This document shows, one piece after another, positions 20,918 to 32,696 of a stretch of DNA of 58,693 bases. The first letter of the stretch is position 1, and each line of letters starts with the position of its first letter. The translations under genes were made by a program, and so were the position numbers. The notes beneath the pieces are model-generated. The model was not told the origin of the DNA. It did not search any database and saw only the letters and a program-made list of their open reading frames with translations. Source of the stretch: an uncultured bacterium (GTDB lineage Bacteria > Desulfobacterota_D > UBA1144 > Nemesobacterales > UBA2774); assembly GCA_963705505.1 (NCBI GenBank), contig CAVPJU010000007.1, positions 1-58,693 on the forward strand, read 5' to 3'.

Positions 20918-21697
20918 ATGAAAGTTATATTGTTTGTAAATGATAGCTATTTCTCATTTCTATTAGCTAAACCGCTGATAGATAATTACCATGAGAAAAT
21001 ATCTTTAATAGTTTTGTCAACCCGAGTTCAGAGCTCTTTATCTCAGATTATTAAAATTTTCAAGAAAACTAGCATAGAATACTTTTGTTACCGCTCTACT
21101 GTACAGGCATTCTCAATATTGAATGGCATTTTGAAAAGAAAGACCGTAGAATCTTTAGCGATGCAGTATAGCATCAATGTTATCAAATCGTCCAGCATCA
21201 AGAAAAATAAAGAAATAATATCAAAATATGGACCTTTTGATATCGGCTTCGCTTTTAATTTCGATCAAATAATCGGACGAGAAATATTAGATTTTTGTAA
21301 AATCGGCATCATCAACACCCATGCTTCTAAGCTTCCGAACGATAAAGGAATATCGCCTGTCCTATGGGCTTTTGCCAGAGGTGATAAAGAAATCTGGTCG
21401 AGTATATATAAGATGGATGAAGGAATTGATACAGGTCCTATCGTCGAACAATTAAAAATCCCCGTAGACAATAATTCAACTGCCTTTTCTTTATACAGAA
21501 AAGTATGTATAGAAAGCGGAAAACGACTCATTGACGTTTTTGGGAGATTAGAGAAAGGAGAATGTATTTATCGCCCCCAAGTTAGCGCGGGTGACGAAGC
21601 CTATTGGAGTTGGCCTGATAATTACCATTCGGAGCTTCTCAAGCAAAATAAGCGCCGTTTCATCAGCTTCTCTGATGCATTATCTATATTAAAATAA
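20918..21697 (+). CDS. formyltransferase family (sugar N-formyltransferase-like)
   Basis: INTHASKLPNDKGISP and MDEGIDTGPI motifs. Confidence 0.85.
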   Translation: MKVILFVNDSYFSFLLAKPLIDNYHEKISLIVLSTRVQSSLSQIIKIFKKTSIEYFCYRSTVQAFSILNGILKRKTVESLAMQYSINVIKSSSIKKNKEIISKYGPFDIGFAFNFDQIIGREILDFCKIGIINTHASKLPNDKGISPVLWAFARGDKEIWSSIYKMDEGIDTGPIVEQLKIPVDNNSTAFSLYRKVCIESGKRLIDVFGRLEKGECIYRPQVSAGDEAYWSWPDNYHSELLKQNKRRFISFSDALSILK

Positions 21698-21807
21698 AGA
21701 CGATTCACTCACTCATTTTTAATCTTTTCACCTGATTAATTCATTCCATAAAACTTACAGAAAAAACATTCTATATAGCTCGACAAGCTGAGGTAAACGT
21801 ATACCAT

Positions 21808-22020
21808 ATGGATAATCCATATAACTCGAATGTCAGGGGAGTAAAGAAAAAAGAGATTTATGAGCTTTTCCCGGATTGTAATATTAAGCTTGACCGCATC
21901 ATCCTTGCTCCTCCGATCGTCAGGGTATTGGCTCCCTATTCATTTTTGCTCTGCTATTTCCTTGAAAAAGTCGGGATATTAAACACGCACTATCTCGGCG
22001 TAATCAGGAAAAAAGACTAA
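21808..22020 (+). pseudogene. C-terminal remnant of a methyltransferase paralogous to 20105-20790
   Basis: NPYNSNVRGVK...IILAPP...NTHYLGVIRK matches the upstream gene's C-terminus; no SAM-binding motif. Confidence 0.7.
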
Positions 22021-22080
22021 TCGCAGTTTTGAAAATTCCCTGAATAACATTCATATCCGCATTCAACATACGAGGTAATC

Positions 22081-23232
22081 ATGGAAATACCGTTCCACAA
22101 ACCTTATATAACGGATGACGAGGTCGAGCAGGTCCTCGACACGGTGAGGTCAGGCTGGCTCACCATGGGCCCCAAGACCTTCCTCTTCGAGAGGGAGTTC
22201 TCCCGCTATACGGGCGCCCCGCACTCGGTCGCGGTGAGCTCGGGCACTGCCGCCCTCCACCTCGCTTTGAGGGCAATCGGCCTCGGCCCCGGGGACGAGG
22301 TGATAGTCCCCACCATGACGTTCACGGCGACAGCAGAGGTAGTCTGTTATTTCGACGCCCTGCCCGTACTCGCCGATATTGAGCGCGATACCGGCAATAT
22401 AGACGTATCCGCAATCGAGCGGGCGATCACACCGCGCACGCGCGCGGTCATACCGGTCCATTACGGCGGTCAGCCCTGCGACATGGACGGCATAATGGAT
22501 ATCGCAAGACGCCATAACATATACGTCATCGAGGACGCCGCACACTGCCCCCCCGCATGGTACAAGGGAAAGTCCGTGGGGACTATAGGCGACATGACGT
22601 GCTTCAGCTTCTACGCGACTAAGCCGCTCGCCGCGGGAGAGGGCGGGATGGTCACGACGGGAAACGCGGAGTGGGCTGAAAAAATAAAGATACTGAGGCT
22701 CCACGGCATATCCAAAGACGCGTGGAAAAGGTACTCGACCGGAGGCTCCTGGTATTACGAGGTCACCGAGGCGGGCTACAAATATAACATGACCGACATA
22801 CAGGCGGCCCTCGGCATCTCGCAGCTGAGAAAGCTCGACAAGATGTGGGAGAGGCGCAGGCGGATAGCGGAGCGTTACACGGAAGGCTTCTCCGGAAGCG
22901 AGGCGTTTGCGCCCCTGTCCATGCGCTCCGACAGGGTCTCCTCATACCACCTCTATGTATTAAGGGTAAACCCCGAGGTCCACGATACGGACAGGGCGGG
23001 CTTCATCGAAGAGCTCGGCAAGCGCGGCATAGGCACGAGCGTCCACTTCATCCCGCTCCACAGGCACCCGTTCTACAGGGACAACTTCGGATGCGAATCG
23101 AAGGACTTCCCCGAGGCCGAGCGGCTCTACGAGCGCATAATTTCGCTGCCCATATATCCGGGCATGAGCGACGCGGAAATAGACTACGTGATAGAGAACG
23201 TAAAAGATGTCTCCTCAAAACACAGTAATTAG
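22081..23232 (+). CDS. DegT/DnrJ/EryC1/StrS PLP sugar aminotransferase
   Basis: SSGTAALHL, IEDAAH, FSFYATK, GEGG. Confidence 0.93.
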   Translation: MEIPFHKPYITDDEVEQVLDTVRSGWLTMGPKTFLFEREFSRYTGAPHSVAVSSGTAALHLALRAIGLGPGDEVIVPTMTFTATAEVVCYFDALPVLADIERDTGNIDVSAIERAITPRTRAVIPVHYGGQPCDMDGIMDIARRHNIYVIEDAAHCPPAWYKGKSVGTIGDMTCFSFYATKPLAAGEGGMVTTGNAEWAEKIKILRLHGISKDAWKRYSTGGSWYYEVTEAGYKYNMTDIQAALGISQLRKLDKMWERRRRIAERYTEGFSGSEAFAPLSMRSDRVSSYHLYVLRVNPEVHDTDRAGFIEELGKRGIGTSVHFIPLHRHPFYRDNFGCESKDFPEAERLYERIISLPIYPGMSDAEIDYVIENVKDVSSKHSN

Positions 23233-23845
23233 TTCAGGGCAGTTCTACGCTGAGTACGGAAAGCGGGCGTTCGACCTCGTTCTTTCCGTCCCGGCGCTCA
23301 TACTCCTCTCGCCCGTGCTCTGCGCGATAGCGGTGCTGATAAAGCGCGGGAGCCCCGGACCCGTCTTCTTCACTCAGGAGAGGATGGGAAAGAAGGGAAG
23401 CACGTTCAGGCTCTATAAATTCAGGACCATGACCGTGAACGCGCATGAATCGGGCCCGCAGGTCACTACGCGGGACGACACGCGGATAACGGGGACAGGG
23501 AGGGTGCTCAGGAGATACAAGCTCGACGAGCTCCCCCAGCTGTTCAACGTGATAAAGGGGGACATGAGTCTCGTCGGCCCGAGGCCCGAGGTGAGGAAAT
23601 ACGCGGACGCGTTCAGGGACGAGTACTCCTCCATTTTACAGATTAGTCCCGGCATAACCGACTACGCCGCGCTCGAGTTCAGGAACGAAGAAGAGATCCT
23701 CGCCGGATACCCGGACGCAGAAGACGCCTACACGCGTGTGATCCTTCCCGAAAAAATAACGCTCTACAAGAAATACATAAGAGAGATGGGCTTTATGGCA
23801 GACCTTAAAATCCTTTTCCGAACCATGCTGGAGGTAATCAAATGA
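23207..23845 (+). CDS. priming phosphoglycosyl transferase (PglC-like)
   Basis: KRAFD, KFRTM, LDELPQL, MSLVGPRP. Confidence 0.92.
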   Translation: MSPQNTVISSGQFYAEYGKRAFDLVLSVPALILLSPVLCAIAVLIKRGSPGPVFFTQERMGKKGSTFRLYKFRTMTVNAHESGPQVTTRDDTRITGTGRVLRRYKLDELPQLFNVIKGDMSLVGPRPEVRKYADAFRDEYSSILQISPGITDYAALEFRNEEEILAGYPDAEDAYTRVILPEKITLYKKYIREMGFMADLKILFRTMLEVIK

Positions 23846-25761
23846 TAAGGCGGTCCATACTCCATTTCGTAGAGAGAAACTACAGGCATAAATTCATGAT
23901 TGCCGCGCTGGCCGAGGTATTCCTCTTCACGGGCATCCTGTATTTATCCTACTTGATAAGACTGGGCGGCATAGATGAAAAATATTTGCCCCAGATAATA
24001 TTCATCATCTCGTTCTACATCCCGATCAAGCTCTGCGTCTTCTGGGCTTTCAGGCTGTATAACGTCTCGTTCAGGTATTTCTCCCTTTACGACCTCATAG
24101 AAGTCCTCAAGGCGGCAATCGTCTCAGCGGCGTTCCTTTCGCTTATAGGAATGGTGTTCCGCGACTTCCCCGTCATGCAGAGCTATCCGAGGTCGGTCGT
24201 GTTCATAGATTTCCTCCTCACTATCTTCGTCTCCGCGGGCATCCGCTTCGGGTACAGGATGTTCTATTCAGCCAATTTCAAGTATTACGGCGGAATGAGG
24301 GTGCTCATCGCGGGCGCCGGTGACGCGGGCGTACGTCTGCTGAAGGAGATGAGGACGAACTCGCGGGAGGACTCTTCATACGTGCCCGTCGCATTCATAG
24401 ACGACGACCCCGCGAAACTCGGGAGTATCATCCGCGGGACGAAGGTCCTGGGGAACAGGACCGACATCCCGAGACTCGTGAAGGAGCTCAGGATCGAGGG
24501 CGTCATAATCTCTATACCTTCGGCGACCGCTTCGCAGATAAGCGGCATAGTCGAGCACTCGAGGAGCGCGGGCATAGAGCACATAAAGATAATGCCCGGC
24601 ATAACGGACGTTCTCGCCGGCAAGGTCACTTTAGGGGACTTCAAGGACCCATCCTCGGGGGAGTTCCTGGGGAGAGACACGGTGAGGGCCGAGATGGGGA
24701 GCATAGCGGCTTATATAAAGGGGAAGCGCGTAATGGTGACGGGGGCGGGCGGCTCGATCGGGTCCGAGCTCTGCAGGCAGGTATCGAGCTTCGAGCCCGG
24801 ACTACTGATAATGCTCGACGTCGGTGACACGGAGCTCTTTTATATCAACAAGGAGATTTGCGAGCAGCTCCACCGCGTTCCCGCCGTTTCCGTGATCGCG
24901 GACGTGAAGGACCCGGTGGCGATGAAGGACGTTTTCGATTCCCACTCCCCGGAGGTCGTATTCCATGCGGCCGCGTACAAGCACGTCCCGCTCCTCGAAA
25001 GCAGCCCGAGGGAAGCGGTGCTCAACAACATCGAGGGCACGAAGGTCACGGCGCTTCTATCGTCGGATTACGGGGTCGGGAAGTTCATATTCATCTCGAC
25101 GGATAAGGCCGTAAACCCGACGAGCGTAATGGGGGCCACGAAACGCATCTCCGAGAACATGCTCAGGGAAATACAGGGCGGCACCGAGTTCGTCTCCGTG
25201 CGCTTCGGGAACGTGCTCGACTCGAGGGGGAGCGTAATACCGATATTCAGGGACCAGGTGCGCAGAGGCGGGCCCGTGACGGTAACCCATCCGGACATGA
25301 CGAGGTATTTCATGAGCATACACGAGGCCGTCTACCTCGTCCTTCAGGCGGGCGCCATGGGCAGGGGCGGAGAGGTCTTCGTGCTCGACATGGGAGAGCC
25401 GGTGAAGATTCTCGACCTCGCCCATAACATCATACGCTTCTTCGGCCTCGAGCCCGACAAGGACGTGCCGATAGTCTTCACGGGGTTGAGACCCGGCGAG
25501 AAGCTCTTCGAGGAGATACTGACCGCGGAAGAAGGCACGACCGTAACCCTCAGCAAAAAGATATTCATAGCAAACGACAGGAACCATTTCGGAAGGGAAT
25601 ACATAGAGAGCGTGAAAAGCATTATCTGCGAGGCGAAGAAAGGCGCGCCGCGCGAGGCACTTATACACATGCTGAAAGAGCTCGTCCCCACGTACCAGGT
25701 CGAGCTTCCCGAGACAGGGCACAGACGATTCGGGAAAATTAAATCAACCGCGGCAAGGTAA
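23842..25761 (+). CDS. membrane UDP-GlcNAc 4,6-dehydratase (PglF/CapD/WbpM-like)
   Basis: N-terminal TMs, TGAGGSIGSEL, HAAAYKHVP, STDKAV, MGATK, RPGEKL. Confidence 0.93.
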   Translation: MIRRSILHFVERNYRHKFMIAALAEVFLFTGILYLSYLIRLGGIDEKYLPQIIFIISFYIPIKLCVFWAFRLYNVSFRYFSLYDLIEVLKAAIVSAAFLSLIGMVFRDFPVMQSYPRSVVFIDFLLTIFVSAGIRFGYRMFYSANFKYYGGMRVLIAGAGDAGVRLLKEMRTNSREDSSYVPVAFIDDDPAKLGSIIRGTKVLGNRTDIPRLVKELRIEGVIISIPSATASQISGIVEHSRSAGIEHIKIMPGITDVLAGKVTLGDFKDPSSGEFLGRDTVRAEMGSIAAYIKGKRVMVTGAGGSIGSELCRQVSSFEPGLLIMLDVGDTELFYINKEICEQLHRVPAVSVIADVKDPVAMKDVFDSHSPEVVFHAAAYKHVPLLESSPREAVLNNIEGTKVTALLSSDYGVGKFIFISTDKAVNPTSVMGATKRISENMLREIQGGTEFVSVRFGNVLDSRGSVIPIFRDQVRRGGPVTVTHPDMTRYFMSIHEAVYLVLQAGAMGRGGEVFVLDMGEPVKILDLAHNIIRFFGLEPDKDVPIVFTGLRPGEKLFEEILTAEEGTTVTLSKKIFIANDRNHFGREYIESVKSIICEAKKGAPREALIHMLKELVPTYQVELPETGHRRFGKIKSTAAR

Positions 25762-25942
25762 CATCAGCCGGAAGAAGCTATCGAAGAAACGGAAGCTGAC
25801 GCGTATTCTTTAAACCTGAAGAGGCCAGGGCGGTGGTACCTCAGACTACATGCCTTCGGCCTCTTCTTTATTAATCCGAAGAACTTCTTATTTAATTACC
25901 CTCCCCCCGAGGCGAGACCCGCCGTTCTTTTTTTTCCGCACC

Positions 25943-26389
25943 TCATCCCCTCTTCCCCGGCAGTCTCCTGAAGCCGATTGCGATCCTGTTCCAGAGGTTC
26001 ATATTCGCGATCACCCATGTAAGATCTACAAGCTCCTTTTCCGGAAACTGCTCTGCAACATATTCATAAACCGAGTCGGGGGCGTGAGTGTCTTCAATAC
26101 GCGTTACAGCCTCCGCCCATTCGAGCGCGGCGCGCTCCCTCTCGTCATAAAATGGCACTTCCCGCCACACGACGAGGCAGTCGATGCGCTGCTCGGTCTC
26201 GCCCAGGTCCCTGAGCTGTCGGGAGTGCAGATCGACACAGTAGGCGCAGCCGTTTATCTGCGAGACGCGCAGATCCACCAGACGCCTGAGCTTCGGCTCG
26301 ATAGACGAGGTATCCAGATAATTAGCCCCTGCAGAAAATGCTTTCACCGCTTCGGGCGCCGTTTTTATATAAGCTGCTCGTTTGATCAA
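25943..26389 (-). CDS. AhpD/carboxymuconolactone decarboxylase family
   Basis: RVSQINGCAYCVDLH; NLWNRIAI. Confidence 0.9.
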   Translation of the reverse strand: MIKRAAYIKTAPEAVKAFSAGANYLDTSSIEPKLRRLVDLRVSQINGCAYCVDLHSRQLRDLGETEQRIDCLVVWREVPFYDERERAALEWAEAVTRIEDTHAPDSVYEYVAEQFPEKELVDLTWVIANMNLWNRIAIGFRRLPGKRG

Positions 26390-26656
26390 GTTACACCTCT
26401 CAATTTATCGTTCACTGTAATTATTAATGGTAATGATACGGGTGCAATTCTCAAGGCGTATTCTGAGAAAGGTATGTATTGATTAACCGATTAAGGAAAA
26501 CCGCTTACTCCGACGCTCTAATGTTTCGGGGAGAAAACAACTGTCTTTCCCAATCGGCGGATGACAACCAAAAGTAAGCATTGACAATTAATGATGAAAT
26601 ATAATAAGATTGAACTGAGACATAATAAAATTCCCTTTGGGGGGAGGTATCGTACG

Positions 26657-26839
26657 ATGGGTGAAAGAAAAGTAATGGACTGCGGGAAGTATCCGAGCGA
26701 CAACAACTGTACTCTCAGGATAAGCGGGAAAGAGGAAGAGGTCATGCCTGTGGCGATTTACCATGCGGTCACTTCGCACGGCCACAAAGACACGCCCGAA
26801 TTCAGAAAGCAGCTGAAATCGATGCTCGAAGACGAGTAG
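26657..26839 (+). CDS. DUF1059-like small protein
   Basis: GGAGG RBS then MGERKVMDC...NCTLRISGKEEEV...HAVTSHG. Confidence 0.7.
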   Translation: MGERKVMDCGKYPSDNNCTLRISGKEEEVMPVAIYHAVTSHGHKDTPEFRKQLKSMLEDE

Positions 26840-26875
26840 ACATATCAGGGGCTAGCAAAATTTCGCCGCAAGGCA

Positions 26876-27255
26876 TCAGAAGCAGACGAACGGCTCCGAG
26901 GATGTATCTACATTTATTATCACCGTCCCCTCAACATTCCCCTCCTCGTTTATACTTAGGTCGGTGAATACCAGATTCCCTCCGTTGCAGACCAGCGTAC
27001 CGCACGTATCGGGAACAGTGCAATCTTCCGCATTCTCGGGAGGTATTGTAAATTCCATCGTCTCGGAACGCATTCGAGCGGCTCGCACAGGCCTGGCGGA
27101 AGAAAGATAGTTGCCGAGGGACAAATGGCCCCGGCCAGGTCTTCCCGCGTGACGCACGGCCTCGGTATCTCGCGCCTCCCGCCGCTATCGTCGCACGAAA
27201 GGGCAATAAAACATACCCCCGCCATCATTAATAACGCATAGAATTTTATTTTCAC
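26876..27255 (-). CDS. Cys-rich lipoprotein (frameshift near 27070)
   Basis: Lipobox IALSC in one frame; C-terminal DCTVPDTCGTLVC...FVCF in another. Confidence 0.55.
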
Positions 27256-27474
27256 TGGAATGATTTTACTTATATTATAATTATTTATCAAGCACCCGAA
27301 ACCTCTATCTCCCTGCATTTCCATGCTAATTCCAAGAAAAAAAATAAATCCCCGCCGCACAAAAGAGCTGTAAAATTAATGTAATTTAGAACGGCGGGGC
27401 GGAGAATTATAATTAAGCTTGAGTTCTATGCGATTGAAATCCAACGATTTTTCATTCGACGAAGGAGGGATGCG

Positions 27475-29029
27475 ATGAACAGTTTTACCAATCTCAGGGG
27501 TTTTCTACTAATTACAGGTCTATTAACTCTTTGTATAGCGGCTGGATGTGACGAAAGACGGAGGGGGCGATAACCCCTTCCCTCCCCCGAACTCTCTCGC
27601 AACACGCATAGCTCTGCGGGGTGAAACGACGCCCGACGGGCAGGCGACCTTTTTCGGATTTGATCGTCTCACGGGACCGAACGGACCCGGCGAGGTCGCT
27701 TTCAGGGCTATAGAGAAAGTAACTGAGGATACGTTCAGGGCCGTGCTCTATATAGGAAGCCCGGCTGGCCTTACCGAGCAGTCTCGGAACGGCGACCCCG
27801 CTCCGGGAGGCGGCACGTTCAGGAACTTCCCGCAGAACATAGGAGTGAATGACCAGGGACAACTCGCCTTCGTCGGAAGGACAGCGGAATCCCCGGACGA
27901 CGAATTCGGAGACACCGAAGGATATTATCTAAGCGGTGAAAGCGGGATAACAGTGCTCGTCCGCGAAGGGGACGGCGTGCCTGGCGGAGGGAAGATTTTC
28001 AAGCTCTGCATACCCGGAGCCCTCGACTGCTCGTACAGATACGGCGGGCCGGACGAGAGCGGGCAGATCACATTCGCAGCGGCTCTCGAAGACACACCCG
28101 GAGGCGATAGCGATAACAGGGCGTTATTCATAGCCGATTCCTCAGGTATCACACAGCTCGTCAGAAAAGGAGACCCGGTGCCGGGCGGTAACGGCGTCTT
28201 CGCGGACTTCTTCGACCCGGCCGGTCCGAACGATAGCGGACAGGTCGCTTTTATCGGCAGGATTTCGGGTTCCTCCGGAGGAGAGAACGATAATGAAGGT
28301 ATATACCTTGCGAACGAAAGCGGAGTCGTCGAGCTTGCACGGGAAGGCAACCCCGTGCCGGGCGGCAACGGCACTTTCGGTGACTTCGTATTCCTGACAG
28401 GACTCAACAACAGCGGGCAGGCGGCATTTAACGCCATACTCGACGGTACGTCAGGGGGTGAGAGTGACAACGAGGCGATATATCTCGCAAGCGAGGCGGG
28501 CATTACGGAGCTCGCTCGTAACGGAGAGCCCGTACCCGGAGGCGGAGGCGGGATGATAGACAGCTCGCTGTCTCCCACGAATCCCAACGAGGGCGGCGAG
28601 GTCGCGTTCTTCGCGTCCATAAGAAACGGCGACGAGGACGTTCCCATCGATACGGGCATATTCCTCGCGGGTCCTTCCGGTACTGTGAAATTGATACGCA
28701 CGGGCGATCCCGGCCCGGGGGGGATAGGAAAGTTTTCGGGGTTCACGCTCGGCAGGCTTAACGACTCGGGTCAGGTGATATTCAGGTCGAGGCTCTTTCA
28801 GGGTAACAAATCGGCCCAGGGGCTCTACCGCGTGGGTCCTGAGTCAAGCGTGACCGCGCTCGCGCAGGCGTTCCAGCCGGCCCCGCCCGACGGATCGCTG
28901 CTCTTCCGCACAATCGAGGACGGGTTCCAGGGCCCTAACGACAGCGGGCTCGCGTTTTTCAGGGCGACTCTCATGAACGCGGACCGAACGTCCACTCCGA
29001 ACAATATCGGGATATTCCTAGCGCAGTGA
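27475..29029 (+). CDS. lipoprotein with tandem NxxGxxAF repeats (beta-propeller-like); frameshift just after the lipobox
   Basis: GGAGG + ATG 27475 MNSF...CIAAGC; about 8 repeats of GDPxPGG.G.F...N.SGQVAF. Confidence 0.75.
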
Positions 29030-29110
29030 AGAATTCGGATCAATTGCGGGTCGGATCTATGCGAGTAACATCCGGATTCAACAATTTCACGGGTTGTAAA
29101 GTCAGGGGGA

Positions 29111-29350
29111 TTAAAACAGGTCCTGCTGGGCGTCTTCGAGAAGCACTCTCTTCAAGAGGCTCTTTGCGTGGATGACGGCCTTTTCCTTTATCTCCTCGAG
29201 GTCGCTCGATTCATTTGCGAGCGGGAACGATAGCGAGATGAAGACGGTGTCCGTATCCGACTCGAAATCCTCGAGCTCTATAGTCATGTCTATCAGGAAT
29301 GATTTCTCGTCGTCCGTGAGCATAATATTTTCAACCTTGTATTGAATCAT
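29111..29350 (-). CDS. small acidic hypothetical protein
   Basis: Isolated 79-aa ORF; no recognised motif. Confidence 0.55.
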   Translation of the reverse strand: MIQYKVENIMLTDDEKSFLIDMTIELEDFESDTDTVFISLSFPLANESSDLEEIKEKAVIHAKSLLKRVLLEDAQQDLF

Positions 29351-29706
29351 AGCAGGATCGCGTCCGGTTCTCTCTTAATTTCGGGTATCATCGTCATTGA
29401 AATCGTTTTTATACCGCACCTTTGGAATCAATAAGCCCAGATTAAGAGCTGGCATCAGCCGGAACTCACCTTGATTATAAAAGGCGCTTAACGAATTTTC
29501 AATCAATGCACAATAATATTTTTCACAATAACCTCAGCGGGAGACGCGGAAGAGACATAAGCTCCTCCTCCCCGGCATCCTAATATGCGGTTTTGCTCTA
29601 TATATCCGGTGGTGTATTATTCATAAACGGCCGGTAATACCTCGGCCCAGGCGCGACGTGAACCTTAAAATTCTTGACGGACTAATAACGGAGTTATCAT
29701 AGACCG

Positions 29707-32056
29707 ATGCGTGACCCCCGTTACATCAACCGTATAGTCCTTGCCCTCACACTATGCGGCATATCCATAGGGCTCGCGGCCCACTTCCTGCAAATACCGA
29801 ATGTCGCGGACATGGCCTGGGCAGGGGCCACGGTCGTCGCGCTCATACCGCTGACGTACCTGGTCACGCGTGCGCTCCTGTCGGGCAAAGTGGGCGTGGA
29901 CGTAATCGCGCTCATCGCGATGGCCGGGTCCATCTATCTCGGACAGTACCTTGCGGGCGCGGTCATTGCGGTCATGCTCTCGGGCGGCCAGGTGCTCGAG
30001 GAATTCGCCGAGTCGAGAGCAAGGAAGGAGCTTTCGGCGCTCATCGGACGCACGCCGCGCACGGTCAACAGGCTCGACGGCGACACCCTGACCACGGCCC
30101 CGATAGAAGAGGTAAAGCCGGGGGACTTCCTCATGGTCAAGCCGGGAGAGATCGTCCCCGTAGACGGGGTCGTAATCGGAGGCTCGGCGGTGCTCGACGA
30201 ATCCGCTCTCACGGGCGAGGCCGAAACCCGTCGAGCACAGGGACAGGGATAAGGTCCTGAGCGGGACGGTGAACGCTTCGAAAACGCCCTTTAAATTGAG
30301 GGCGATTGCGAGCGCGGAGGAGAGCACGTACGCCGGGATAGTAAGGCTCGTCGAGCAGGCACAGGCTTCCAAGGCCCCCCTCGTACGCATGGCCGACAGG
30401 TACGCGATTTACTTTCTTCCGATAACGCTGGCCGTCTCGGGGATCGCATGGATTATCTCGGGCGATCCGGTACGCGCCCTTGCCGTCCTCGTGGTCGCGA
30501 CGCCGTGCCCGCTGATACTCGCAGTCCCCGTGGCTATCGTTTCAGGTCTCTCGCGCAGCGCCCGCCGGGGGATAATAATAAAAGGGGGCGGAGCGCTCGA
30601 GACGCTCGCCCGCGGCAAAATCCTCGTTCTCGACAAAACCGGCACAATCACAAAGGGCAGCCCCGTGCTGAGCAGTATAGAGAGCCTGGGAGAATACGAC
30701 CCTGACGAGTTACTGAGGTTCGCGGCCTCGCTCGACCAGGTCTCCCCCCACGTTCTGGCTAGACCCATAGTCAACGCCGCGGTGAAAAAGGGGTTCGAGC
30801 TCAGCTTCCCGGAAGGGGTCTCGGAAGAGTTCGGCTCAGGGATCAGGGGCACGGTAAACGGCCGCAAGGTGAAGCTCGGCAGGATGAACTGGGTACTCCG
30901 CGGGGCCTCCCCCGAGTCCAAGGCGCACCGGCTCCACAGACGGTCTTTACTCGACGGCTCTTCCTGTGTATTCATCGCGATCGACGGAGTCCCGGCAGGC
31001 GCGCTCATACTCGACGACCCGGTCAGGCCTGACGCCCCGTTGACGATACGCGCGCTCAAGCGGGTCGGGTTCGAAAAGATAGTAATGCTGACGGGAGACC
31101 ACAAGGACGTGGCTGTCTCGGTCGGCGCAGCGATCGGAATCGATAAAGTCCTCGCCGAGAGGTCGCCTCAGGAGAAGGTGGACGCCGTGCTCACCGAATG
31201 CTCGGAAGGCATAACCGTCATGGTGGGGGACGGAATCAACGACGCCGCGGCGCTCGCAGCTGCCGATGTCGGCGTGGCAATGGGCGCAAGGGGGGCGACC
31301 GCCTCGTCGGAAGCGGCGGACGTCGTTCTCCTGGTAGACCGCCTCGACAGCCTTATAGAAGCGGTGCGCATAGCGCGCAGATCGAGGTCCATAGCATTTG
31401 AGAGCATCGCGGTCGGCATGGGCCTTTCCATACTGGCGATGCTCGCGGCGGCAGCCGGATTCCTTGTGCCGGTCGCGGGAGCTATCCTTCAGGAAGTGAT
31501 AGATACGGTAGTTATTCTGAACGCGCTCCGCGCGCTGCGCGACGGGGCGCAAAAGCATCTCATCGACAGAGAAGCTGCCAGGATAGGTCTCCGGTTCCGG
31601 GACGAGCATGAGAAGCTCATGCCCGAGGTCAGGCGCATACGGTACGTTACGGACAGGCTCGACACGATGCCCCCGGAGACCGCTCTCAAGGAGCTAAAGG
31701 AGATACATACGTTTCTCTCGGAGCGGCTCCTTCCACATGAGAAAGCCGAGGACGCGGTCGTGTATCCGCTGGTCGCGGATATCATCGGCGGAGAAGACCC
31801 CACGGCTACGATGAGCAGGGCGCACGTGGAAATCAGCCACCTGATAAAAGTATTCGGCCGTCTTCTGGAAGAGATGCCACGGGAAGGTCCGGGACCTGAG
31901 GACATGCGCGAGCTGAGGCGTGTACTCTACGGGCTGTACGCGATACTCACTCTCCATTTCGCACAGGAAGAAGAGTCCTACCTCGCCTTAATAGAAGAGC
32001 GGATGCGCTCCGATAGGGAGCAGGCGGGCGCGGGGAGAAGATCAGGCATTCAGTAG
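29707..32056 (+). CDS. P1B-type heavy-metal ATPase (PCP motif, P1B-5-like) with C-terminal hemerythrin domain; frameshift near 30230
   Basis: DESALTGE, ATPCPLIL, DKTGT, GDGIND; C-terminal EH...PHEKAED...AHVEI...LHFAQEE. Confidence 0.88.
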
Positions 32057-32057
32057 C

Positions 32058-32696
32058 TCAGGGAGCCGGCGAGGATTCAGTCGCCTTATTTTTCTCAGCC
32101 GCAGGGTTTACATACATCTCGAGGCTCTCGAATATTATCCCCAGATTGCATTTACCGCCTTCGCCGTCGAGGGTCTCCCTTATCACCGTCCTCCCGTCAG
32201 ACCACATAGTGGAATATCTGAGCTTGCCGCTGCAGACGGACTCGCCGTATTTCGCGGGGTCCGACGCTTCCTCACCCTCCTTCCAGACCATGTCGTCCTG
32301 CGCCGGGGAGCCGTAATCCTTTATTAGACGCCCCTTGATCGTATCGTAGTCGCTGATGTAATTCTTCGGGTCCTCGTAGGAGCTCTGCATCAGATACCCC
32401 CCTCTTACGAGCTTATCACTCTCGAACAAATATCCCACTATTGCCGGTATCCCCTCGAAATTGTCTCTATATGTAATGAGCTCAGGCCTGTCTCCTGTCG
32501 GCGTCGTGCTCTCGGACGCTTTTACTTCCTCGTGGTTCATCCCCCATATCGCTTTTCTGAAATCGAATTTCTGAGCCTCTTTCTGCTTACCGTCGTGCCC
32601 GTCCCCGCCTTTGCATGAGAAAGACGCGGCTACAAGGGCCGCGGCGAAAACGATCAGTAATATATTCTTCATTCTTCGAATCCTCTCTTCGGTCAT
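32058..32696 (-). CDS. lipoprotein, hypothetical
   Basis: Signal ending SFSC; FRKAIWGM motif. Confidence 0.65.
   Translation of the reverse strand: MTEERIRRMKNILLIVFAAALVAASFSCKGGDGHDGKQKEAQKFDFRKAIWGMNHEEVKASESTTPTGDRPELITYRDNFEGIPAIVGYLFESDKLVRGGYLMQSSYEDPKNYISDYDTIKGRLIKDYGSPAQDDMVWKEGEEASDPAKYGESVCSGKLRYSTMWSDGRTVIRETLDGEGGKCNLGIIFESLEMYVNPAAEKNKATESSPAP

Noticed and set aside
27548..29029. CRISPR or DNA repeat array
   Set aside because: The repeats are degenerate in-frame protein repeats with no constant repeat-spacer structure; no cas genes in the window.
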